Source of the DNA: Desulfolunaceae bacterium
Lineage (GTDB): Bacteria; Desulfobacterota; Desulfobacteria; Desulfobacterales; Desulfolunaceae
Length of the DNA: 64,000 nt
NCBI GenBank assembly: GCA_942491485.1
Contig: CALOAX010000002.1
Span: forward strand, 717,821-781,820
Reading direction: 5' to 3'
The notes beneath the pieces are model-generated. The model saw nothing but the letters and a program-made list of their open reading frames with translations, did not search any database and was not told the origin of the DNA. The first letter of the stretch is position 1, and the number at the start of each line of letters is the position of its first letter. The translations under genes were made by a program, and so were the position numbers. This document shows positions 38,405-47,268 of this stretch, one piece after another.

Positions 38405-39406
38405 ATGAAAAAAAAATGGATGATCGGGGCCGTCATGTGTGCGGCCTTACTTATGGGATGGCTGGTTTACGACAAAAACGAAGCGGTGACGGCTGGGTTC
38501 ATCATCGGGCCTGACGTCCCTGTCAGCATCACGGACACACATCCCAGCCCGGAAAAACAGGGCCTGCAAGACACCACTGAGGGCCTTATCAGCACCTCCG
38601 GTGAGCGTATCATCACCCCCCGTACCCTCTCTCTTTTCAAAAAACTCCAGGGCCTTTTCAAAGACACAACAGACATGGAAGACCATTTCAGCAAGGTCTC
38701 TGCATGGCTGAAAACCTGGTACCCTGAAGAGGTCGCCGAACAAATCATGGCCCTCTACCGGGAGTACATTGCCTGTGAAAGAGAGCTTGCATCGGCATAT
38801 CAGGAATGGGGGACCCCAACCACGACCGAAGAAATCCTCAGCGCGCTAAGGGCCGTCCAGGATTTTCGCAGGGAACGTCTGGGTGATGAAACGGCAGACC
38901 TCCTCTATGGTGGGGATGTGAAGTCGCGGGAGTACAGAGTGCGTAAAGGCGCTGTGGTTAAGGACCCCGATCTGTACGGAGCTGAAAAAGAGGCACACAT
39001 TGCCCGGCTGAACGAAGAGATGTGGGGGGATGCGGCCCTGAGCCCGGACCTGTTGAAAAACAGTTACAACCAATACCAGGAAAAGCTCTCGGTTTACGAA
39101 AGAGACCTCTCGGAGATGGAATCGGAAGACGAGAAAAACGAGCTGATCACAAGCTTCAGAGAGGCCTTTTTTTCACCCGAGGTGGTGGAGAAACTCGAAC
39201 AGATCGATTCCCAGATCGATGAAGACTCTGCCAATGAAGCCGCCTACGTTAAAGAGGAAGAGAAAATACTCGCCTCACATGACCTGACCCCCGACGAAAA
39301 AGACGACGCCATCAACACGCTTCAGAACCAATTCTTCGGCGAGGAAGCGGATGCCTTCCGGCGCCGTGAGACCAAGCGAAAAGCGCTGGAAGCGTTGATG
39401 AAATAA
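38405..39406 (+). CDS. Lipase secretion chaperone (Lif/foldase-like)
   Basis: N-terminal anchor and all-helical body (LYREYIACE, RRERLGDETADLLYG, REAFFSPE); follows the lipase. Confidence 0.78.
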   Translation: MKKKWMIGAVMCAALLMGWLVYDKNEAVTAGFIIGPDVPVSITDTHPSPEKQGLQDTTEGLISTSGERIITPRTLSLFKKLQGLFKDTTDMEDHFSKVSAWLKTWYPEEVAEQIMALYREYIACERELASAYQEWGTPTTTEEILSALRAVQDFRRERLGDETADLLYGGDVKSREYRVRKGAVVKDPDLYGAEKEAHIARLNEEMWGDAALSPDLLKNSYNQYQEKLSVYERDLSEMESEDEKNELITSFREAFFSPEVVEKLEQIDSQIDEDSANEAAYVKEEEKILASHDLTPDEKDDAINTLQNQFFGEEADAFRRRETKRKALEALMK

Positions 39407-39434
39407 GCAGACGGGCGAAGGCAAACAAAAAGGC

Positions 39435-39624
39435 TGCCTCCGGCGGCCCTGCCGGTGACAACCTTTTGAAATGTTCCACAAACAGATTTTAAAATCGGGT
39501 TTTACGGCAAAGGCGGTTGTCCAGCGTCACCCTTAGCGCAAATGCTCCGAAAGCTTGTGCCCCACAGCAAACGCAACGCATTCGCCAGAGGGTTTCAAGG
39601 CGCCCACAGCTTGCCGCCGCTGGC
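39435..39624. repeat. TGCCTCCGG-family doublet (degenerate right arm)
   Basis: TGCCTCCGGCGGCCCTGCCGG...GCATTCGCCAGAGGGTTTCAAGG. Confidence 0.75.
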
Positions 39625-39645
39625 GAATCATAAATCGTTGCGCCA

Positions 39646-40968
39646 CTACAACGGATTCGGCATGTACGTCCGTTGCATGCTCCCGCCCATATTTTTCAGC
39701 ACCAGTGCCAGCAGTGTCAATGCAATCTGGGTTGCCGGGTACGCGAACCAGATCCCCTTTACACCCATGACCATGGGCAGCGTAATCAAAAAGAGGGGCG
39801 TAAAGACAAAGGGGTCGGCGTAGACAAGGATCGAAGAGTTTCTTCCATCATCCATGGCATAGAAGTAGGCTGACATGATCCGAGCGACGACAACAAATGG
39901 CGCTGAAATGGCCACGGCAACCATCGCCGTCATGCTTTCAAGGGCAACTTCATGTGACACACCGTAGGCAATGGCAAACTGATATCTTGCCAGATAGAAG
40001 ACAACCATGAACACACCGCTGAGGCCAAACCCCAGCACAAAGCCTTTCCTCAATACAGCCGCAAGACTTTTGTGGTCCCGCGCTCCAGTACAGTGGCTTA
40101 TAAGCGGCTGTACACCATCGGCAAGCCCCTGCATCGTACTGTAAATAAAATATCCGGCATACATCATGACCGTATACACTGCCACGGCAGCATTTCCGCC
40201 ATAGTTCAGGCATTGATAATTGGTAAATATCATCACAATAGCGGGCGCTATCGTTAAACCAAACGGGGACGCACCGATCTTCACCATATCTATGGTTGCT
40301 TTTCTCTCGAGGAGATACCACTTGGGGCCCATTTTTGATTTAAGAATGGGGGCAATACCAATAGCCACAACGACGCCTTGCGCAATACAGGTCGCCCACG
40401 CGATCCCCTCCAGCCCCATCTTGAGGCCCAGCATAAAGTAAGCATCCAGGATAATGTTGACCACCATTCCGATCACCATCATCACCATGGAGTACACCGG
40501 CATACCGATATTTTTCATGATCGGTACAAACCCGGCGCCCATCACTTGAAACAGTGCGCCAAAGGTAATCACAATCATATAATTGTGCCCATACTCGTGG
40601 ATATTGCCCTTTGCTCCCAGCAACGTCAGCACATCATCAATCGTGAAATAATAGACCGGTATAATAATGAGAGAGGCGATCAGCAGAAGAAGCAAGGTGG
40701 AAGACTTGGCCCTTAATGAGCCCGACCCATCACCACCGGCACTCCTGATGGTCATGATGATGGATCCTCCGGTCCCGATCCCCGTACCGATAGCTGTCAT
40801 CAACCCCAACAGGGGCCACGCTATGTTGATGGCCGTCAGGCCGTCATCGCCCATGGCCCGACCCAGGAAATACCCATCAACGATGGCGTACATGCCCACC
40901 AGGACCATGGACATGATAGAGGGAACAACATACCTGCTGAACTGATTAACAATGCTGTTTTCTTTCAA
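39646..40968 (-). CDS. MATE-family efflux transporter
   Basis: About 12 TM, YAIVDGYFLG, NIILDAYF and GVQPLIS. TTG start with AGGAG 7 nt upstream. Confidence 0.92.
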   Translation of the reverse strand: MKENSIVNQFSRYVVPSIMSMVLVGMYAIVDGYFLGRAMGDDGLTAINIAWPLLGLMTAIGTGIGTGGSIIMTIRSAGGDGSGSLRAKSSTLLLLLIASLIIIPVYYFTIDDVLTLLGAKGNIHEYGHNYMIVITFGALFQVMGAGFVPIMKNIGMPVYSMVMMVIGMVVNIILDAYFMLGLKMGLEGIAWATCIAQGVVVAIGIAPILKSKMGPKWYLLERKATIDMVKIGASPFGLTIAPAIVMIFTNYQCLNYGGNAAVAVYTVMMYAGYFIYSTMQGLADGVQPLISHCTGARDHKSLAAVLRKGFVLGFGLSGVFMVVFYLARYQFAIAYGVSHEVALESMTAMVAVAISAPFVVVARIMSAYFYAMDDGRNSSILVYADPFVFTPLFLITLPMVMGVKGIWFAYPATQIALTLLALVLKNMGGSMQRTYMPNPL

Positions 40969-41081
40969 CGAACCACTCCTTCCACGCCGCTTCTCACACA
41001 CCCTTCAACAGACTTAAAACTCGGCCAATCCATTGACCAACACAGAGCCTTCCCCTATAGGGGAAAGTCGTCATCGCCAGC

Positions 41082-41112
41082 ACCGTAAACCTTCCCCCAA
41101 GGGGAAGGTCAA
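41082..41112 (-). promoter_or_regulatory. MerR/CueR-type promoter with 19-bp spacer and dyad operator
   Basis: TTGACC-TTCCCCTTGGGGGAAGGTT-TACGGT; second dyad CTTCCCCTATAGGGGAA at about 41049-41065. Confidence 0.8.
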
Positions 41113-41224
41113 TTCGATTCCATTAACAAATCTAAAAAAATGCTGTGATTATAAGGATAAATAACAGGATTGATACGAGAACGATGGGGGAAGGCTAAAT
41201 TAAGGAGGGAGGTGCTGCCCAAAC

Positions 41225-41252
41225 AAAAAAGCCCCCTCCGCAGAGGGGCCTT
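41225..41252 (-). terminator. Intrinsic terminator
   Basis: AAGGCCCCTC-TGCG-GAGGGGGC-TTTTTT on the minus strand. Confidence 0.8.
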
Positions 41253-41492
41253 GAAATAATGCAAAATAGCGAGCAGCCAGGGTTCAACCGACGGATCAAG
41301 GGTCAACTGAGCGACAGCATGATGGCCTGCCCTCAGCCTAAGCAGAAGGTATGCGGGAGCCATTCAGGAATGGCCCATAACGCATTCGCAATAAGGTTTG
41401 AGGAGTTATTTCGATAAAAATCAATATCAAATGGTACCGGAATCCGCACATGGATCCCCGGTCATCCGGCCCCTCAAAAGTCGATGTGACGC

Positions 41493-41593
41493 CACGGGCA
41501 AAGCCCGTCTGCAAATGCTCTAGGCCCGAGGAACGAGGGTTCAGAGCATTTGCCATAGGATTTCAAGGTGCCCCCACCTTGCCGCCGGAGGCA
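41493..41593 (-). repeat. TGCCTCCGG-family arm
   Basis: CACGGGCAAAGCCCGT...GAGGAACGAGG...CACCTTGCCGCCGGAGGCA. Confidence 0.85.
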
Positions 41594-41610
41594 CACCTGA
41601 AGAGCGACGC

Positions 41611-42849
41611 TTAGTCCCGGGCAAACAGAACGTTGAACGAATCCTCCTGGAAGGTGCATCGTTCGTCCATCTCTTTTCGGGCCTGTTCGATGCCAGAGGC
41701 AAGGATTGTCAGCGTCTTTTGAAGAATCGCAAGGTAGTTCTCGGAATCCTGGGCTGTAAAGACCGGAATTTTCCAGGTCCTGATGCTCTGCTCCGAAACG
41801 GTCATGGAGAGAACGGCAGACATGCCGGGCATGATGCCCCCACCGCCCACCACATTGTGGAGATCGGAGGACATGAAGGTAACCCCGCCCGCGTCCTGGC
41901 TGACGATAATGGCCAGCTCACCGACGATGCGCACTTTTTCCCGCGCCGTGGTTGCCAGGGACAAGGCTGTTCCCAATTCAGCAATCCGCTCACCCAATTC
42001 CCGTGTTGCCGTTGCCATATCACCGGCTCCACGAGGGTAGGCCGCATCAGAGTGGGTGCAGGGGAGGCCTGCGGCGTGGACACCGTCGACAAGTGCGTTG
42101 TAGACCGTTGTGTTGTCCACGTCTTTGTTCATTCGCACCCAGAACTTGTCCACTTCCTGTCCCTTGCAGGTGGCAGGCACATAGGCCTTGCTCTCGAGGA
42201 TGATGGTGGGAATCGCGTCAAGACCAAGCTCTTTCATGGCACGCCCCTTGTCCCCGAGCAGAATATTCCCTTCCAGATCTTCGTCCGGGCCCACACCACC
42301 AGCACTGGCGTTGATAATGGCCATCACCGATACGGGGATCGAATCGATCTCCAATACGGTGCCGATGACCTTGCCGACCTTTCCGACCATGTCTTCCACC
42401 CCTGTAACAAACTCACCGGGGTATTTTTTTTCAAAGGTATCAACAACGGCTAAGCAGGCGGCGGTCTGAAGTGCCACGGGCAGTTCCAGAACCCCCTGCC
42501 CGTAAATTCGGCCATAAGCGGCAAACGCCACATGCTGGCTATAGATTGCATCCATGCCAAGGGCAAGGCGGGCCAGGGTGGCCTCAAAAGGGGTGATTCC
42601 CCTGCGGGCATGTGCGGAGCCCGCGCCACCGCCTTCTGTTTTTACGGTGACGGTGCCGGTCTCGATATCCGCATCAACCGAAGAGATGGTCGTGCATACG
42701 GGAAAGGCCTGACGCAAAAGAGAGGCGGTGACGGCAAAACCCGCCGAGTCGTCCTGAACAAATCCAAAGTTGCTGTGAACATGGCCTGCACCCACATGGC
42801 CCGTGATACCGATAATTCCGCTGGATAATATGCTTCTGGAAACGTTCAT
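41611..42849 (-). CDS. Hypothetical cytoplasmic protein (possible metalloenzyme) downstream of TRAP genes
   Basis: 412-aa ORF with GHVGAGHVHS, QDDSAG, PDEDLEGN and QDAGG; family not recognised. Confidence 0.8.
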   Translation of the reverse strand: MNVSRSILSSGIIGITGHVGAGHVHSNFGFVQDDSAGFAVTASLLRQAFPVCTTISSVDADIETGTVTVKTEGGGAGSAHARRGITPFEATLARLALGMDAIYSQHVAFAAYGRIYGQGVLELPVALQTAACLAVVDTFEKKYPGEFVTGVEDMVGKVGKVIGTVLEIDSIPVSVMAIINASAGGVGPDEDLEGNILLGDKGRAMKELGLDAIPTIILESKAYVPATCKGQEVDKFWVRMNKDVDNTTVYNALVDGVHAAGLPCTHSDAAYPRGAGDMATATRELGERIAELGTALSLATTAREKVRIVGELAIIVSQDAGGVTFMSSDLHNVVGGGGIMPGMSAVLSMTVSEQSIRTWKIPVFTAQDSENYLAILQKTLTILASGIEQARKEMDERCTFQEDSFNVLFARD

Positions 42850-42888
42850 GATGTTGCCTTCTATGGTTAATGTGCATGGAAAAAGCAG

Positions 42889-43114
42889 GCCTCCGGCGGC
42901 CCTGCCGGGGGCCAAACTTTTGAAAAGTTTGACAAACAGGTTTTAAAAAATATTCCCTGGTAATGCCCGGATTAAACGCGGATGTGATTTGCCCTGGGGA
43001 ACGAGGGACAAAACGCATCCGCAGCCTGCTTTCAAGGTGTTTTCGATACAGTGGCTTCGCCACCCTTGCCGCCGGAGGCTTCTTTTCAACAATCATGTTG
43101 AGCTGAATAGTTAT
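42889..43114. repeat. TGCCTCCGG-family doublet with one IS66-like TIR
   Basis: Inverted arms at 42889 and 43079; right flank nearly identical to the left end of the 15627 MITE (...GCTGAATAGTTAT). Confidence 0.85.
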
Positions 43115-43347
43115 TAACCCGGCGGTTAAATGCGTGACTGTCGAGGGGCGGCATACCCCTTCTAAATCAGTCATCTCCACCATCTGGTGATTCATATATT
43201 AAGCTGCCGGGTTAATGGCAAAAATAGAAGCACTCTCTAATCAGATTGCATGCGAATGTCTTGCTTGAAAAGAAGAGGGGGGGGGGATGAGGGGGGATGT
43301 TCAAGACCTGGTTGTCAAACCCACCTTTTCAGATCAGGCAAAAGTGT

Positions 43348-43373
43348 GGCCTCCGGCAGGGTCGCCGGAGGCC
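43348..43373. repeat. Minimal TGCCTCCGG hairpin
   Basis: GGCCTCCGGC-AGGGTC-GCCGGAGGCC. Confidence 0.75.
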
Positions 43374-43406
43374 AACTTTAATATGACATCGGTGCTATAT
43401 CGCGTC

Positions 43407-44687
43407 TTACAGACCCGGCAGCCAGAGGGCAAGACCAGGAACAAAGACAATGGCCAGAAGGGCCAAGACCATGGTGAACAGGAACGGCAGAACCGCCGCG
43501 CTGAGCTTTTCGATGGACAGACCACTGATGCTGCAACCCACGAACAGGTTGACGCCCACAGGGGGGGTCAAAAAGCCCATGGAGGAGGTCACGATCATGA
43601 CAATGCCGAAATGAATCGGGTCCATGCCCAGGTGCTTGACCACAGGCAGGAGCAGAGGCGTCAGGATCAGAATGTTGGCCAGGGCATCCATGAAGGTCCC
43701 CATGACAAGGAGGAACAGCAGGATGATGGGAATCAGGATGTAACGGTTGTCCGAAATCCCTGTCAGGATATCCACAAGCTGGTTAGGCAGATTGTAAAAC
43801 AGCAGAATCTGGCCCAGGGCCGTTGCAGTGGCAACCACAAGGAAAATGGAGGAGGTGGTCAGGGCAGTCCCCTTGAACACTTCGGCAATTTTTCCCCAGG
43901 AGAGGGTCCGCAGAACAAGGCCTTCCATGATGAGGGAGTAGACAACGGCAATGACGCCCGCTTCCGTCGGCGTGGTGAAACCACCATAAATACCGCCCAA
44001 AACGATCAGGGGAACCATCAGTGCAGGAAGAGCTGCCTTGAGCGAGGAGAAGACCTCGGACATGGGGGCTCGTTTTCCGGAACCGGTAAACCCGTATTTC
44101 TTGGACAGAATATAGCTGCACAGCATCAGGCAGGCACCCACGAACAAGCCGGGGATAACACCTGCAATAAACAGGTCACCCACAGAGACACCTGCGGTGG
44201 TGCCATAAATAATCAGTGGCACGCTGGGGGGAATAATAACGCCCAGGCAGCCGGAGGCTGTGTTGACCGCGGTTGAAAAGGACTTGCTGTACCCCTCTTC
44301 TTCCATGGCGGGAACCATGATACCGCCAACGGCGGCCACGGTGGCAGGTGCGGATCCTGACAGTGCGCCGTAGAACATACTGGTCAGGACGGAAATATGC
44401 GCCATCCCGCCTGTAATATGCCCCACCAGGGACCGGGAAACCGCCAGCAGTCTCTGGGCCATGCTGCCCTTCTGCATGATCTCACCGGCCATGATGAAGA
44501 ACGGAACCGCCATAAGGGGGAACACATCCAGAGAGGTAACCATTTTCTGGATCAAAAATTCGTAAGGGAGCAAATCGCTGAAGGTCATCCCTACGGTGAC
44601 ACTCAGGCCGATGGCGATCCCGATGGGCACACTCAGGAGGAGAAATGCCGCAAGTGAAACAAACGTTAAAATAATTGCCATATCCAT
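43407..44687 (-). CDS. dctM: TRAP transporter large permease
   Basis: AVPFFIMAG, SGSAPAT, IIPPSVP, GFTTPTEA and TPPVG. Confidence 0.95.
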   Translation of the reverse strand: MDMAIILTFVSLAAFLLLSVPIGIAIGLSVTVGMTFSDLLPYEFLIQKMVTSLDVFPLMAVPFFIMAGEIMQKGSMAQRLLAVSRSLVGHITGGMAHISVLTSMFYGALSGSAPATVAAVGGIMVPAMEEEGYSKSFSTAVNTASGCLGVIIPPSVPLIIYGTTAGVSVGDLFIAGVIPGLFVGACLMLCSYILSKKYGFTGSGKRAPMSEVFSSLKAALPALMVPLIVLGGIYGGFTTPTEAGVIAVVYSLIMEGLVLRTLSWGKIAEVFKGTALTTSSIFLVVATATALGQILLFYNLPNQLVDILTGISDNRYILIPIILLFLLVMGTFMDALANILILTPLLLPVVKHLGMDPIHFGIVMIVTSSMGFLTPPVGVNLFVGCSISGLSIEKLSAAVLPFLFTMVLALLAIVFVPGLALWLPGL

Positions 44688-44702
44688 AGGGCCGAGTATT
44701 CC

Positions 44703-45203
44703 TTAATTGATTTCCATTATTGCAGGGTCGTACTTGCCCGTGATAACTCCCCAGATCCTCTCCAGGGTTCGCAGGGCCATGAGACCCATGCCCACCGGGA
44801 CACTGAGGAACACCCAGTACATCTGAATCTCAAGGGCGGGTGTCTTCTGGCCTGTGGAGGATAAAAAGAGAACAAATTTGATGCCCCAGACGGTGGCGCA
44901 GACACAGAACACGAGGGTACAGAGGTAGGCCGCGATGGTGACGGGCTTGGCAATTTTCCCCCCGAACATGTTCCGGATGACCGTGACCTCAAGATGACGG
45001 TTCATCTGGGTGGCGTAGCTGCATCCCACATAAACGGCCCAAATAAAAAGGTAGCGTGCAATCTCCTCGGACCAGTCGAGGGAGTTCTGAAGCACATACC
45101 TGTTAAAGACCTGTACAACGGTTATGCCTGTCATCATAACCAACGCAAATGAGGAGAAGACCTCCTCGGATCGGTTGATGATGGATTTGGGCGATTTTGT
45201 CAT
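44703..45203 (-). CDS. dctQ: TRAP transporter small permease
   Basis: QVFNRYV...WSEEIARYLFIW; 4 TM. Confidence 0.93.
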   Translation of the reverse strand: MTKSPKSIINRSEEVFSSFALVMMTGITVVQVFNRYVLQNSLDWSEEIARYLFIWAVYVGCSYATQMNRHLEVTVIRNMFGGKIAKPVTIAAYLCTLVFCVCATVWGIKFVLFLSSTGQKTPALEIQMYWVFLSVPVGMGLMALRTLERIWGVITGKYDPAIMEIN

Positions 45204-45272
45204 GCTGATGAACTCCTGTGAACGGATATGCCGGACAAGATGACCCTGTCCGGCGTATCCGGGTATTCTTTG

Positions 45273-46265
45273 TTACTCGGCGATGGTGGCCTTGGCTCGT
45301 TCGATCAGCTCTTTACCGATCCTGTCTTCGAACTTTTTGTAGACTACAGAAGAAGCTTCTGCCCAGCGCTCACGCTCTTCGGGTGTGAGGGTGGTCACGG
45401 TAACACCTTTGGCTGCCAGCTTGCCAATGACCTCTTTTTCACCGTCACGAATGAGCTTACGCTCATAGAGCTTGCACTCGTCGAAGGTCTTCAGGACCAG
45501 CTCTTTGTTCTTGGCGCTGAGGCCATCCAGAAAACGCTTGGAGATCATGACCAGGTGGGGGCTGTAGAGGCTGTTCACGATGGTGACGTGGTTGTTGACC
45601 TCAGGGAAGTTGTTGTGCCATGCCAGGTTCAGGTCGATGTCGATGCCGTCCACGGTTTTCTGCTGAAGGGCGGTGTACACCTCGCCCCAGGAGATGGGGG
45701 TGGGGTTCATGCCAAGGCTCTTCAGGGTAGCAATGTGTGCTTTGGAGGGGGTGGAACGGATTTTCAGGCCCTTGGCATCCTCGAGGGTGGCCACGGCTTT
45801 TTTGTTGTTCCAGAGGTTACGGAACCCGATTTCAATGTAACCAAGACCGATGATGCCGCTCTTCTCAAGAGCTTTGGTGGCGTTCATGCCGATGGGGCCA
45901 TCGGTGATCTTGTCTGCAGAGGGGTAGTCGGGGAAGAGGAAAGGCAGGTCAAAAATAAGGAACTCATCGGAAAAGGGAGCCAGGTTCGGGGTGGCTGCGG
46001 ATCCCATCTGGAGCATATTGAACTGGAGACCCTGAACAACGCTGTCAAAGTTTCCAAATTTTGAACTGTCGAAAATATCCACACGGAACTCACCGTTGCT
46101 TCGCTCTTCGAGAAGTTCTTTAAATTTTTCAAACGCCTGGCCCATGGGGTGCTGGGGGACGTTGGGGTGAGCAAGTTTGATCACAATGGGGCCTGCTACA
46201 GCGGACGAAGTTACCACAAACAGGGTGATCATCAGGGCTGCAAAACACGTTTTTAATCTGGACAT
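45273..46265 (-). CDS. dctP: TRAP transporter solute-binding protein
   Basis: Signal peptide, FDLPFLF, GFRNL, KGLKIRS and EVYTALQQKTVDG. Confidence 0.95.
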   Translation of the reverse strand: MSRLKTCFAALMITLFVVTSSAVAGPIVIKLAHPNVPQHPMGQAFEKFKELLEERSNGEFRVDIFDSSKFGNFDSVVQGLQFNMLQMGSAATPNLAPFSDEFLIFDLPFLFPDYPSADKITDGPIGMNATKALEKSGIIGLGYIEIGFRNLWNNKKAVATLEDAKGLKIRSTPSKAHIATLKSLGMNPTPISWGEVYTALQQKTVDGIDIDLNLAWHNNFPEVNNHVTIVNSLYSPHLVMISKRFLDGLSAKNKELVLKTFDECKLYERKLIRDGEKEVIGKLAAKGVTVTTLTPEERERWAEASSVVYKKFEDRIGKELIERAKATIAE

Positions 46266-46857
46266 CCTTGAACTCCTTAACTCCTATTTATATTAAAATG
46301 TCCGGAAGCCTCGCCAGAACTCCCGGGGTGTACCGTTACATAACCTGAACCCGAAATCACATACCGCCGTTGCGGGCAGTGCGCTAAAATCAAATTCATG
46401 ATAACGGTTAAACCTCAGGCCGTGCAATCACCATAAATGACCATGGCGGGAACATTCCGCCTGCGTCCATGACAATCCCGACCTTGTGACCCATGTTGCC
46501 GGCAAGGGCTATCCCTGCCTTGTTATGGGTCTTTTTGCATTAAAGAGATGAGTCTTGTTGAACAAATTGTGTTCCTTTTATGGGTATGATAAGTTGCTTT
46601 GAACCAAAACAAAATATCCCATAAACATTCATAAAATACCCATACAAAATAGGCATTATGAGTGCTACCCCTTTGAAATGGGCAAAAACACCCACAAAAC
46701 CCAAGGACGAAAGACCATAACAGTCCGATTACGCTTCGCTTTAACCCAACACCGGACAGCAAAACCCGCAGGGCCATTATACCTATTTACCATAGGTACT
46801 TTAAGGGTGTTTAATGATTGTTTCGTGTTCACTGGTTATGATATTTCTATAAATAAG

Positions 46858-47183
46858 GTCATTATTCAGCTCAAATTTGCCTCCGGTGGCTCTGCCGGGG
46901 GCCAAACGTTTGACAAGCACGCATTGAAGTCGATGAGCCCAAATGCGTGGCTGACCAACAGGCTTTGATGTTATGCAACCAAAACCTTAATTTACGGGAC
47001 TTTTTCAATAAGCGACCCACCTGGGGCGTCTTGAAGATTTTTCTGAAAAGTGAAACAGACAGGGCTTTGACACTGCCCTCGAACGAACTCCGTTTAGCAG
47101 CCGAATGCAAATTGACCCGAAAAACGAGGGTCAGTGCGCATCCGCACCCTGCTTTCCATGTGACACATATTGCCACCGGAGGC
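46858..47183. repeat. TGCCTCCGG-family doublet with degenerate left TIR
   Basis: GTCATTATTCAGC, TGCCTCCGGTGGC ... GCCACCGGAGGC. Confidence 0.75.
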
Positions 47184-47268
47184 TGTTTTTCAGAATGTTC
47201 CGGACAGACTGGGGGAGCACCCGACTTTTGTCGGTGAAGGCTCAACGATGAAGCAGTGAGGACCAACC

